Positions 25,185-37,800 of a stretch of 64,000 nt of DNA are shown here, one piece after another; within the stretch, counting starts at the first letter, position 1, and each line of letters opens with the position of its first letter. The notes beneath the pieces are model-generated. The model made no database searches. It saw only the letters and a list, made by a program, of their open reading frames with translations, and was not told the DNA's origin. Where the stretch lies: assembly GCF_963921235.1 (NCBI RefSeq), contig NC_086097.1, forward strand, positions 96,040,001 to 96,104,000, written 5' to 3'. Origin of the DNA: Mobula hypostoma (taxonomy: Eukaryota). Made by a program: the position numbers and the translations under genes.

Positions 25185-25860
25185 CAATGAACAGAGCCAG
25201 GTTTATTATCACCGACGTTTCGTGAAATGAATTATTTTGTGGCAGCAGTACAGTGCAATGCATAAAAATACTGTGAGATACAATGAAAACTAAATAGTGC
25301 AAAAAGAGGAACAAGGTATGAACACAAAATACTGGAGGAACTCAGTAGGACAGGCAGCATCAAGATACTGTTCAGAAATTTGATAGCAGAGAAGTTTTTC
25401 TTAAAACTTAAAACATTAAACGTGTATCCTCCCCTGTGATAGTGAGAAGTTAGTAATAATGGTGGGCAAGGTTGTGCCCTTGATGGAGCTTGATGAGACT
25501 ACAACCCTCTTTCAGTCCTGTACTTTGGAGTCTCCATACCAGGTGGTGATGCAACCTGTCAAAAATGCTCTCCACAGTATTTCTGCAGAAATTTCCTAAG
25601 GATCTTTGGTGCCATACTAAATCTCCTCAAACTCCTAATCAATATATTGGGCACGGGATTGATCTTCTGAGGTGTTGATACCTAGAAGTTTAAGCTGCTC
25701 ACCATTTCTACTGCTAATCCCTTGATGTGGAGTGGTGTGTGTTCTCCCGACTTTCTTTTTCTGAAGTCCACAATCAATTACTTGGTCTTACTGACGTTTG
25801 AGTTTAAGGTTGTTTTTTAGGACACCGGTTAACCAGCTGATCTATCACACTCTTACTCCT
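25185..25860 (-). mobile_element. Degraded Rex1/Babar LINE fragment
   Basis: Similar to 820-1720 (ccataccaggtggtgatgca, ctgaagtccacaatc). Confidence 0.7.
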
Positions 25861-26257
25861 TACCATCAGGTGTTTTGATGTGAGTGGCCCACAACATGAT
25901 TTCAAATTCAGATGGGGGCAAGCAAACCCATTGTTCTTTTTCAGATAATGAATAGGTGCCACTACATGTGGAACCATGCTAAATAAATCTCGGTTCTCTC
26001 TGGTGATGTGCATGTACTTTGATAATAAAATTTACTTTGAACTAAGAGGCACCAAAACATCCATCACCAAGGGTGACTTGGTAGCACCACTGCAGTGTGA
26101 ATCCTGAAGGCCAGTCTGTGGGGGGAAACTTGATATTGGTTTGTTATTGTCACATACTGAGAAACAATGAAGGGCTTTTTAGTTCTGTGTGCCATCCAGG
26201 AAGATCATGAGGTAGTAAAAAGAAAAGAATGCAGAATATGGTGATACAGTTACAGGG

Positions 26258-29200
26258 AAAGTTCAAGTTTGTTATCATTGTATACTGCCGAACAAAGGAG
26301 CATTCCTTCACACCAAGGTGCACAACACTAATACATATAACCCACACACACAACACGTGTGGTAATATTACCACAAATAAATTAACAATAGGGTGCATTT
26401 ATAACATAATTTTAAAAATATGCTATTGGTGCTCCATATGTGATGAAACCTGGGTGTGGCAGGGAGTTCAGTTGTCTCACTGCCTGGGGGCAGAAGCTGT
26501 TTCCTGTCCTAACAGCCCTCGTCCTAATGCTAGTGTACCTCTTGCCTAATGATAGGGACTCAAAGAGATTGTTGGATGGATGGGAGACAATGCTAAGGGC
26601 CCTGCAAAAGCAGCATTCCTGATAAATATCTCAGATGGGTAGAAAAGAGAGCCCAATGATCCTCTCAGCAGTCCTCAAAATCCTTTGTAGGGATTTGTGA
26701 TTACATGCCTTGTACTTCCTGTACCAGACAGTAATGCAGCTGGTTAGGATGTAAAAATTTATTAGTTTGGTTGTGGGGGGTGTGGAGGTGCTGCTGTGCT
26801 CTCTTGGCTAAAGAGGTGGTATTGAGGGTAAAAAATCATCCGTTATGACTTGGTGCTCCTAACTCTCTCCCTGGAGGAGCTGTTAATGTGTAGTGAGTAG
26901 TCAGCCTGCACCTTCCTGAGATACACAGTCATCTCTTTGGTCTTGTCCACTTTGAGACTCAAGGTGTCTTTGGACCATTTCATCAGCTGTTCTATCACCT
27001 CTCAGTAAGTCATCTCATTGTTGTTGATGAGGCCCCCCTTGGTTGTGTCATCAGCAAACTTGATGATTTGATTTGAGCTAGATCTATCAGTACAGTCATA
27101 TGTCAGCAGTGGGCTGAGCATACAGCCCTATGGGGGCACCAGTGCTCAGTGCATTGGAGCTGGAGATGTTGCAGCCAACACAAACTGTTCGTGGTCTGTC
27201 TGTCAAGAAGTCCAAGATCCAGTTACAGAAAGAGGTGTTGAGACCCAACATGGACAGTTTACCCACCAGTTTCTGAGGGATGATTGTATTAAATGCTGAG
27301 CTGAAATTGATAAACAGCATCCTGACATATGAGGCATCATTTTCCACTTGGGACGGGACATAGTGGAGTGAAGAGGCTTTGGCATCATCAGTGGACTGAC
27401 TTGAGCAATAAGCAAACTGGAAAGTGTCTATTGTAGGAGGAAGATAGGAATTAATGCAATCCATAACCAGCCTCTCAAAGCACTTCATTATTGTTGCGAT
27501 CAGTGCCATTGGACGTAGTCATTAAGGCAGGTTACTATCACCCTTTTGGGCACCGTTTAATGGTGGTTACCTTAATAGTGGACTGTTGCAGAGAGATGTT
27601 GAAGATGTTTGTTAGATCCTCTGTTAGCTGGGCTGCACAGTACCTCAGTACCCAACCAGGTAAGTTATCACAGCCCTACAGCTTTAAGTGGGTTGATGCT
27701 GACTGGGGTTTTTCTCACATCAGCTGCAGCCAGACAGTGTTCCTAGGGGGAGGTGGGGGGGGGTCTTCCTTCCCAGCACATCGTTTCTTGCATCAAACCA
27801 TGTGCAAAAGATATTGAGCCTATCAGTAGGAGAGGTGTCACTGTCGTTGGTACACAAGGTGGACCTGTAGTCTGTTATGCTCTGATGCCCTTCCACATGC
27901 ACCTCGTGTTCCTGGTGTCACAAATGGCTGTCTATTCTATTCTATGAATAATCACATTTTGCTTTCCTGCTGGGAAAGTTCAGCTTTTGCTGACTTGGGA
28001 GCCATCCTATCCCTCATCTGAAGGCAGCATCCCGATCTCTCAGCAGTGATCACGCCTGAATTGTGTGGTGACGTCCTCAATGTACTTCTCTATACGGTCG
28101 GCCCTCCCTATCCGCAGGGGATTGGTTCCAGGACCCCCCCCCCGCGGATACCAAAAAAATGCGGGTGCTCAAGTCCCTTATATAAAATTGTGTAGTATTT
28201 GCATATAACCTATGCACATCCTCCCATATACTTTAAATAATCTCTAGATTACTTAATACCTAATACAATGTAAATGTAAACAGTTGTTATACTGTATTGT
28301 TTAGGGAATAATGACAAAAGAAAGGTCTGTACATATTCAGTACAGACGCAACTATCGTAGCTCTTCTGGGAATGCTGATGCTGCCTCCCATGGTCTTTAA
28401 GTTCTTGAGGCTGTAGCGCTTTACATAGCTAGCTAGCCAGCCATCCCATACTAGCCTTAAACTCCTTCCTCTCGCTCACAACACAAGTAGCGAACAAACG
28501 AGATGCGAAGCGAACAATGCTCAACTTCTGGGTTTTCCCGATCCGTGGTTGGTTGAATCCGCGCATGCGGAACGCGGATAAGGAGGGCCGACTGTATAGC
28601 CAGTCACAGATTTTGCATATTCATTGATGTTAATATGATGGTCGTAGGTAGCCACCTCCCTGAATATGTTCCAATTCATGTTTTCAAAACAGTCCCACAG
28701 TGTTGAGGTTCTCCTTCTAGCCATGTTTTTATCTCTCTTTGAACTGGTTTGACTTGATCAGTGATCTGTACACAGGACTTAGCATAACTGGTAAGTGGTC
28801 AGAGTGTCCCACGTGGGGCTGGTGAGCAGACATGTTCGCACCAGTGATATTGGTATAAACCAGGCCTAACGTGTTCTCACCTCTGGTAGCAAAGTCAACA
28901 TGCTGATAGAATTTCGGCAGAACGGTTTTCAAGTTATCATTGTTGAAGTTGCCAGCAACAATAAAGGAATCATCAGGGTGTGGGGCTTGCAGGTCTCCGA
29001 TGGTGCCATACAGTGCTCTCAGTGCTTCCTCAACAGTAGCATAGGGAGGGGTGTTTACAGCTGCAATCACAATGGCGTTGAACTCCCACAGTAAATAGAA
29101 GTGCCTGCATTTCACCGTTTAAAAATGACCAGAGGTGAACAGTGGGTCATTATTACTGAAGTGTTCACACACCAGTTTGTAACACAGATACATATGGTAC

Positions 29201-29460
29201 ATCTCTGGTGCAGTGGAGGTTGACAATTGAAATCCAAAGGGAGATGAGATTCAAGATCTTTGGTATATGAAAAGTCCATTCGAGTGGTATAGAAGTGCCC
29301 TTTGGCCTTGTGGTTTATGTTCTCAGGTTTCTGTATCATCTTACCAGCACCTTGAGAACAATTGGGGGTGCATAATAAATTCTGTCCTTGCAAGTGAGAG
29401 CCAGATCCCAAATAAAGAAGCCTTATTTTAAAATTCAGTGCTGAGCTCGTGGATTTAAGG
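26258..29460 (-). mobile_element. Long Rex1/Babar LINE (endonuclease + RT remnants), interrupted by a Tigger-like MITE
   Basis: ORFs 28729-29115 (IVAGNFN..NLKTVLPKFYQHVDFATRGENTL, GHSDH) and 27096-27509 (IMKCFERLV, MLFINFSSAFNTIIP, CNWILDFLT). Confidence 0.9.
28095..28594. mobile_element. Tc1/mariner-pogo (Tigger/MER2-like) MITE
   Basis: TIRs CGGTCGGCCCTCCCTATCCGC / GCGGATAAGGAGGGCCGACTG flanked by TA (28093-94, 28595-96). The host Rex1 reading frame resumes across the insertion. Confidence 0.9.
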
Positions 29461-30147
29461 ACTGTGAGCAATCGATTCAGATGTTCCTACCCAGCGTAAA
29501 GTTGAGTTTTACTGCTGACTATGAACTGTCTTGGGATGGACTTTGACGTTGCTGTGCCATGTTGATGGTGGTCCTGTCTCTTACTGAAAGGGTCATTTTC
29601 TCCTTGGTAGTTTATAATATTAATGTGGTGCCTGAGTGTTGGGTGTTGAAGTCCCAGCTGTTGACATTGTACATCAATTTGAATGAGGAAAATAAATACA
29701 ATAGGGTAAAATTCTGGTAATATAGCATATTTAAGACTGCTGCATTGATGTTTTCTGGACTATTGGATGTTATTCAATTAATTTTCATATACACCTTCAG
29801 TTCATTTATAGTTATTGCACAGTGGTATGACTTTCCAGGGAAACAGAGAAAATGGAAATGGTGAGTGTCACGTGAACATGGCAAGCAACCAAGTAGATTT
29901 AAAGGGAGTTACAGGTACGAGGGTCTGGCATGTTAAAGCAAGTTTTCGAATCAGCAACTGGTTGGCCAGGTGACAGTCCCCTGGGATTTCTTTTGAGTTA
30001 GGTGATCTCATTGAAAAGTATGAGATTAAGTAACACAACAGGGCAGATACTGGGGTGTTGTTCTCCAGCCAGGGTATCTAGAACCAGAGTCAAATTCTCA
30101 AGATGTTGTATCAGCTGTTCAGAACTGAAGTGAAAGAAATTTTCTTT

Positions 30148-32405
30148 TCGTAGAAACATAGAGAACCTGCAGCACAATACAGGCCCTTTGGCCCACAAAG
30201 CTGTGCTGAACATGTCCTTACCTTAGAACTACCTAGGGCTATCCATAGCTCTCTATTTTTCTAAGCTCCATGTACCTGTCCAGGAGTCTCTTAAAAGCTT
30301 CGATCGTTTCCGCCGCCAGCAGCCCATTCCATGCACTCGCCACACTCTGCGTAAAACACTTACCCCTGACATCTCCTCTGTACTTACTTCCAAGCACCTT
30401 AAAACTATGCCCTCTTGTGCTAGCCATTTCAGCCCTGGGGGAAAAGCCTCTGTCTATCCACACGATCAATGCCTCTCATTATCTTGTACACCCCTGTCAG
30501 GTCACCTCTCATCCTCCGTCGCTCCAAGGAGAAAAGGCCGAGTTCACCCAACCTATTCTTATAAGGCATGCTCCCCAATCCAGGCAACATCCTTGTAAAT
30601 CTCCTCTGCACCCTTTCTATGGCTTCCACATCCTTCCTGAGGTGAGGCGACCAGAATTGAGCACAGTACTCCAAGTGGGGTCTGACCAGGGTCTTGTATA
30701 GCTGCAACATTATCTCTCTGCTCTTAAACTCAGTCCCATGGTTGATGAAGGCCAATGCACCGTATGCCGCCTTAACCACAGAGTCAACCTGCATAGCAGC
30801 TTTGAGTGTCCTACGGACTCGGACTCCAGGATCCCTCTGTTCCTCCACACTGCCAAGAGTCTTACCATTAATGCTATATTCTGCAGTCATATTTGACCTA
30901 CCAAAATGAACCACCTCACACTTATCTGGGTTGAACTCCATCTGCCACTTCTCAGCCCAGTTTTGCATCCTATCAATGTCCCGCTGTAATCTCTGACAGC
31001 CCTCCAAACTATCCACAACACCCCCAACCTTTGTGTCATCAGCAAATTTACTAACCCATCCCTCCACTTCGTCAACCAGGTCATTTATAAAAATCACAAA
31101 GAGTAGGGGTCCCAGAACAGATCCCTGAGGCTCACCACTGGTGACCGACCTCCATACTGAATATGACCCATCTACAACCACTCTTTGCCTTCCGTGGGCA
31201 AGCCAGTTCTGGATCCACAAAAGCAAGGACCCCTTGGATCCCATGCCTCCTTACTTTCTCAATAAGCCTGGCATGGGGTACCTTATCAAATGCCTTGCTG
31301 AAATCCATATACACTACATCTACGGCTCTACTTTTATCGATGTGTTTAGTCACATCCTCAAAAAGTTCAGTTAGGCTCATAAGGCACAAAGCCATGCTGA
31401 CTATTCCTAATCATGTTATACCTCTCGAAATGTTCATAAATCCTGCCTCTCAGGATCTTCTCCATCAGCTTACTGACCACTGAAGTAAGACTCACGGGCC
31501 TATAATTTCCTGGGCTATCTCTACTCCCCTTCTTGAGTAAGGGAACAACATCCGCAACCCTCCAATCCTCCAGAACCTCTCCCGTCCTCATTGACGATGC
31601 TAAGATCATTGCCAGAGGCTCAGCAATCTCCTCCCTCACTTCCCACAGTAGCCTGGAGTACATCCTGTCCGGTCCCGGTGACTTGTCTAACTTGATGCTT
31701 TCCAAAAGCTCCAGCACATCCTCTTCCTTAATATCTACATGCTCAAGCTTTTCAGTCCGCTGCGAGTCATCCATACAATTGCCAAGATCCTTTTTCGTAG
31801 TGAATACTGAAGCAAAGTATTCATTAAGTACCTCTGCTATCTCCTCTGGTTCCATACACACTTTTCCACTGTCACACTTAATTGGTCCTATTCTCTGACG
31901 TCTTATCCTCTTGCTCTTCACATACTTGTAGAATACCTTGGGGTTTTTCTTAATCCTGCCTGCCAAGGCCCCTTCTGGGTCTTCCAATTTCATTCTTAAA
32001 CTCCTTCCTGCTAGCCTTATAATCTAGATTTCTATCATTACCTAGTTTTTTTTAACTTTTTGTAAGCTCTTCTTTTTCACTAGATTTACAACAGACTTTG
32101 TACACCACGGTTCCTGTACCCTACCATCCTTTTCCTGTCTGATTAGAATGCACTTCTGCAGAACCCCACGCAAATATCCCCTGAATATTTGCCATATTTC
32201 TTTACGTTTCTCTGAGAACATCTGTTCCCAATTTCTGCTTTCAAGTTTCTGTCTGATAGTCTCATACCTCCCCTTACTCCAATTAAACGTATCCCTAACT
32301 TGTCTGTTCCTATGCCTCTCCAGTGCTATGGTAAAGGAGATAGAATTGTGATCACCATCTCCAAAATGCTTTCCCACTGAGAGACCTGACACCTGACCAG
32401 GTTCA
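30148..32405 (-). mobile_element. CR1 LINE, 5'-truncated ORF2
   Basis: ORFs 30429-31244, 31132-31395, 31367-31993 and 32042-32410 are consecutive CR1 EN-RT pieces (SKFADDTK, YMDFSKAFDKVPH). Confidence 0.95.
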
Positions 32406-32790
32406 ATCATGCCACCCTTGTTACTCTGGCCAACACTTGCCTGCTTTGGTTTTCCAAAAATTGAAACATTTTACAATGATATAGATGATACAGAGCTCTG
32501 TGCCGGAATCAGGGAGATTTTTGAGTATTCAGGAAATACTCAAAAAGTCAGTTCAGGAAAGTGGGCTGATGTAAAAGGTGTGCCTTAACATAGAATGGTA
32601 GAGTGTGCACAAGGGGCTGAATGACCTACTTCTGATTCTGGTGTTCTTCATACAAAGTAAAAGATTATACACATTTGTGCTCATTTTAATGCCTGAGCCC
32701 AGCGTTTGTTTAATTTAAATATGGTGCTACCTTCTTTGGTCTTTGGAAAATGTGAAGATCTGAGCTTCTGCTGCTTCGTCATCTACAAGG

Positions 32791-34181
32791 TTAGATTGTA
32801 TGACCCGTTGGGGCATCCTTTGAGAGAAGGGTAGTGCAGTCTGATGTGACCAGAATGAACGTTAAATTTTCCTGAATGCTATTGCTATCTCTTTGATTTG
32901 GAATTTAAAGAAGAAAAACTCAGCTTATTAAAGAAGAAAGACGCATAGCAAGACAAATATGAATAAACATTGAGTATCCATGAAGTAAATTTGAAGGAAT
33001 CCGGCTTGCTGGGTTGGGTGTGGAATTAAATGTCCGATGTAATGATGAATTTGGCCTTGAATAATTACAGAAGGATTCCATCGATTCCTAGTTGGAATGA
33101 CTTCTTTGGCACCAAAGGATATCATTTGGAAGAGGCAATTGTATTGTCTGATACTCTTCCTGAACTCGTTTGTGATAGGTTCATCATTGCTGTACAAATT
33201 GAGGAGTTCATTAGGTAGAGGCTGCAAATTGCCTATTGACCTGTCCCTTCATACAGCAGAAATGTGCGGTTTCACCAGTGAATAGGAAGGCACGACAGAG
33301 AAGGCATACGCTGGTCATCGAACCAACATCAGCAGAAATGTGACGGCTTCTGAGTCATGCATTTTGCCTTGCTTTTTCTCTGTCGAGGTATTATCGTCGA
33401 AAGCAGCCATTGTCGTCTTCAGCAACTCTCACAATAGTTACTCTGTGCCGCATATTCTCAAGTTGATCTTTCCTTTTCTCCTCTGTCTCTTCCTCTCTCC
33501 TCCTCCTCTGCCCGTTTTTGCCATTCTGGAGACATGCAGCCCTTTCATCCTTTGTCTCTTCATCTCTTCTACCATTTGTTCTTTCTCTCTGATCCTAGAG
33601 TCGTGCAGCCCTGACCTGATCGGATTCTTGTTCTCTCCTCCGTCTGTGCCTATTGTTGTCATTTTGGAGACGTGCATGCCTCTCCTCCTCTGTCTCGTCT
33701 TCTCTCATCTTTTTTGTCCTGACTCTTTGATCCTGGAGTCATGCGGCCCTGGTCTCATCTGATTGTTGTTCTCTCCCTCTCCTTGCTGCTTCCCGACGAC
33801 GTTTGGCGTCATCTCTTGACCATAATGCCCCTCTTCTCTTTCCACGCGGCATAATTAGGCTGTCCATATATTTTTACCCTAATGTTTGATAGAAGATAGG
33901 AAGCAGTAACCCAAAGCTACTGAGGCTGGCTGTGTGCATGCGTCAGGCTGAGGCGTCCCGATTTCCGTGATGGCCGATCGGGTCTCAGGTGAAAGGCAGC
34001 CTGTTGATTTTTGGCGAATGAGCAATTTTATACAAATATATAACTCTGAACTTTGCCTGCATTCTGTAGGTTAGCGCATTTTAATTAGATTTAGCCAAAA
34101 AAAAGTGCCGCTTTAATACACTGTTTGTGCTAATTGAAGGTCACAAACAGACAGAGCATGAGAGTTTTAGTAGTATATAGA
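32791..34181 (-). mobile_element. Helitron, internally deleted (RepHel N-terminus only)
   Basis: 5' end A|TCTATATACTACTAAAACTCTC at 34181. ATG at 33852 (MPRGKRRGAL), ETEEERHARL-type repeats, C..C.A.....E....CC..G.V Zn finger, and FRKSIRQYNCLFQMISFG...IQGQIHHYIGHL. Putative 3' end GCCCCAACGGGT...CTAA is uncertain. Confidence 0.82.
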
Positions 34182-34685
34182 TTCCATGAGGGGGAGTGCC
34201 TGTTGTCGACTGCAGACATTGGAAAAGTGGACTTTGTACTTGCTGAATTTGCCCAAACATAAAGCGAGCTTATGGATGATCCTAGGACCACAGATCACCA
34301 TAATATTCCCTTTTTTTTTCTATTCTATTTCTATTTCTGGTCCTTGTCCTTGTCTGTCAATCTGTGTACCTTTTTCAAGGCCTATTCTTCAGTCTGATAT
34401 TTGTATCTCCTTTCATCTTTACCTTGTTTTCTCATGTCTTCTTCCTCTTCACCAGCTTCTCAAACTCCAACCTCTTTTCCTTTAATCTTGGATTTGTCTG
34501 AAGAGCAACTGGATGAAATAGCTGAATATCCAACACCTTTAAAAGATGATGGTACTCAGTTTATCTTTTATTAACAGTATCTATGATTCTTTAAAATGCA
34601 CAGTGCTCTTCCACATCAGTCTAATTTTAATAATGAAATTCTTGCAGAATCTCATTGCAAACTTTTTTAAAATTTCAGTTCCAAA

Positions 34686-34766
34686 ATGGCAATGCAGACA
34701 CGAGTTGAGGAAAATGCTGCAGCTGAGGAGGAAAATTTTGGGCCACAAGCTATATCGCGTTTGGAG
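34686..34766 (+). CDS. RAD51: RAD51 first coding exon: MAMQTRVEENAAAEEENFGPQAISRLE (exon starts 34679)
   Basis: tttcAG acceptor at 34677-78, ATG at 34686, GAG|GTAAAT donor. Matches the RAD51 N-terminal pattern MAMQ...EEE.FGPQ.ISRLE. Confidence 0.95.
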
Positions 34767-34852
34767 GTAAATTTTTAATAATCAACTCACTTTCAATCTG
34801 TGTTTGGCTCACTCCAATACTTGGAAAGAAATATTGTGTCATGTTTGTTAAG

Positions 34853-37800
34853 TTTTTTTTAATATAATTTTTATTGAGTTTTCAAAGTGAATACATGAAA
34901 AGATAATGTCTACCCTCCCCCCTCCCTTTAACCCTCCCCCCCCCCGATATATACTCCTACCTGAAAAAAAAAGAAAGAAAGAAGAAAAAAAAGAACTGCC
35001 TGGATATTGGAAAGTTTCCACATGCTCCATGAGATTCAAAATAAATTTAATATATTTATTTATTACTTTCCCCAAGGGACCAAGATCTTTATCATCGGAG
35101 CAACTAAATATGCCATCCTATCTTTTGTAAATAAGGGCGCCAAATATTCAAAAATGTTTCATACTTATCTCTTAAATTATAAGTAATTTTTTCCAGTTGA
35201 ATAGAACTAGCCATTTCATTGTTCCAACGATTCATACTTAAATACGAATCAGATTTCCAAGTTACTGCTATAGCCTTCTTAGCTACTGCCAATGCAATTT
35301 TTATGAATTCTTTCTGATACTTGTTCAATTTAAGTTTCAGTTTTATCCCTTCAATATCACCTAATAGAAATAATACAGGGTTATGTGGAAGTTGAGTTCC
35401 AGTAATTTGTTCCAATAAGACTCTTAAATTTATCCAAAAAGGTTGAATTTTAGAACAAGACCAAGTAGAATGTAAGAAAGTACCAATTTCTTGATTACAC
35501 CGAAAGCATTGATCAGATAAATTTGAATTTAATATATTTATTTTTTGTGGTGTAATATATAATTGGTGTAAAAAAATTACATTATACTAATCTAAGTCAA
35601 ACGTTTATTGTATTTGTCATACTGTCAAGACACAGTCTTAACTAATTTGTTTCATCAATATTAATATTCAGATCCGTTTCCCATTTTTGTTTTGACTTGT
35701 GGATTCCTTGTTTAATTGTCTGTTTTTGAATCAAATTATACATACAAGAAATAATTTTTTAAAATTTTCCTTTTTGAATTAAAATTTCAATTTCATTGAG
35801 TTTTGGCAAAAATATTGTTTGACCCAGTTTGCCTTTTAAGTAAGCCCTTAATTGAAGGTAACAAAAGAAAGTGTTATTTGATATTTTATATTTATTCTTT
35901 AGTTGTTCAAACGACATCATTATACCTCGTTCATAACAGTCTCCTATAGACCTAATCCCTTTTTGGTACCAATTATATAAAAGTTGATTATCCATTGTAA
36001 AAGGAATAAGTCTGTTTTGGAACAAAGGTCTCCTTGCTACTAAAGATTTCTTTATCTCATTATCAACATTTATCTTATTCCATAGATCAATCAAGTGTTT
36101 TAATATAGGAGATTCTTTCTTTTCCCGTATCCATTTAGATTCCCATTTATATATAAAATCTTCAGGTATATTTTCTCCTATCTTATCTAATTCTATTCTA
36201 ATCCATGCCGGTTTTCGATCATCGAAGAAAGATGCAATAAATCTAAGGTGATTTGCTTTATAATAATTCTTAAAGTTTGGAAGTTGTAACCCTCCTAACC
36301 CAAATTTACATGTCAATTTTTCCAATGATATTCTTGACATCTTACCTTTCCAAAGAAATTTTCTCACACATTTATTTAACTCTTGAAAAAATTTCTGTGG
36401 CAATTGTATTGATAATGTTTGAAACAAATACTGTAATCTAGGAAATATATTCATTTTTACAACATTGCTCTACCCACTAATGTTATTGGTGGTATCATCC
36501 ATTTGTCAAGACCTTCTTGAATTTTTTCAATAGTGGTAAATAATTAAATTTATATAAATTCTTTACATCATTATCAAGTCTTATACCTAAATACTTTATA
36601 CCATTTACCGGCCATCTAAATTGGGTTGCTAATCGACATTGGCTATAGTCTCCCTTAGTAAGAGGTAAAATTTCACTTTTATCCCAATTTATTTTATACA
36701 CTGATACTTTCCCATATTCATCCAATCTAGAAGATAATTTACGTAACGAATGCTGTGGGTTGGAGTTAAGTAAATCAAAACATCATCAGCAAAAAGATTA
36801 ATTTTATATTCCTCCTGATTAACTCTAAAACCCATAATATCTGGATCAATTCTAATTAGTTCTGCTAATGGCTCTATTGTCAGTACAAATGAAGCAGGTG
36901 ATAATGGACAACCTTGTCTAGTTGACCTTTTTAACTGGGATGGTGTTGAAATTTGAGTATTTGTCACTACTTTAGCATTAGGGTTAGTATTTAAAGTTTT
37001 AATCCAGTTTATAAAAGATGTTCCTAACCCATATTTTTCTAATACTTTAAATAAAAAATCCCATTCCAATCTATCAAATGCTTTTTCTGCATCCAAGGCT
37101 ACTACTATACTCATCTCCTCCCTTTTTTGTGCCAAATGAATTATACTGAATAGCCGAGTTACATTATCTGCCAATTGTCTATTTTTAATAAATCCTGTTT
37201 GATCCATGTGTATCAATCTTGGTAAATATTTAGATAATCTATTCGATAAAATTTTTGCTATTATTTTATAATCCGTGTTCAACAAAGAAAGAGGCCTGTA
37301 TGATGCTGGTTTTAAAGGATCTCTGTCTTTTTTTGGCAATACTATTACAATCACTGTTGAAAAAGATTCTGGGAGTTTATGTATTTTTTCTGCTTGATGT
37401 ATTAACTCCATAAAGGGAGGAAATAATAAATCTTTAAACTTTTTATAAAATTCAGGTGGAAAACCATCCTCTCCTGGAGATTTATTACTTTGGAGTGATC
37501 TTAAAGCTTCTTCAACCTCTTTTAATGTAAAAGGCATATCTAATCCCTTCTGTTCTTCCGAATTCAATTTTGGAAGAGTTACTTGTGATAAAAACCTTTC
37601 TATCTCATTAACATCATTTTCTGATTCTGATTGATATAATTCAGAATAGAAACTTTTGAAGGTTTCATCAATTTCTAAAGGTTTATAAGTAATTTTATTT
37701 GCACTTGTTCTAATTGCATTTATTGTTTTGGAAGCTTGTTCTGTTTTCAACTGCCAAGCAAGAATTTTATGTGCTCTCTCACCTAACTCATAATACCTTT

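Noticed and set aside
33340..33762. 140-aa hydrophobic + strand ORF (membrane protein-like)
   Set aside because: Antisense shadow of the purine-rich Helitron repeat region.
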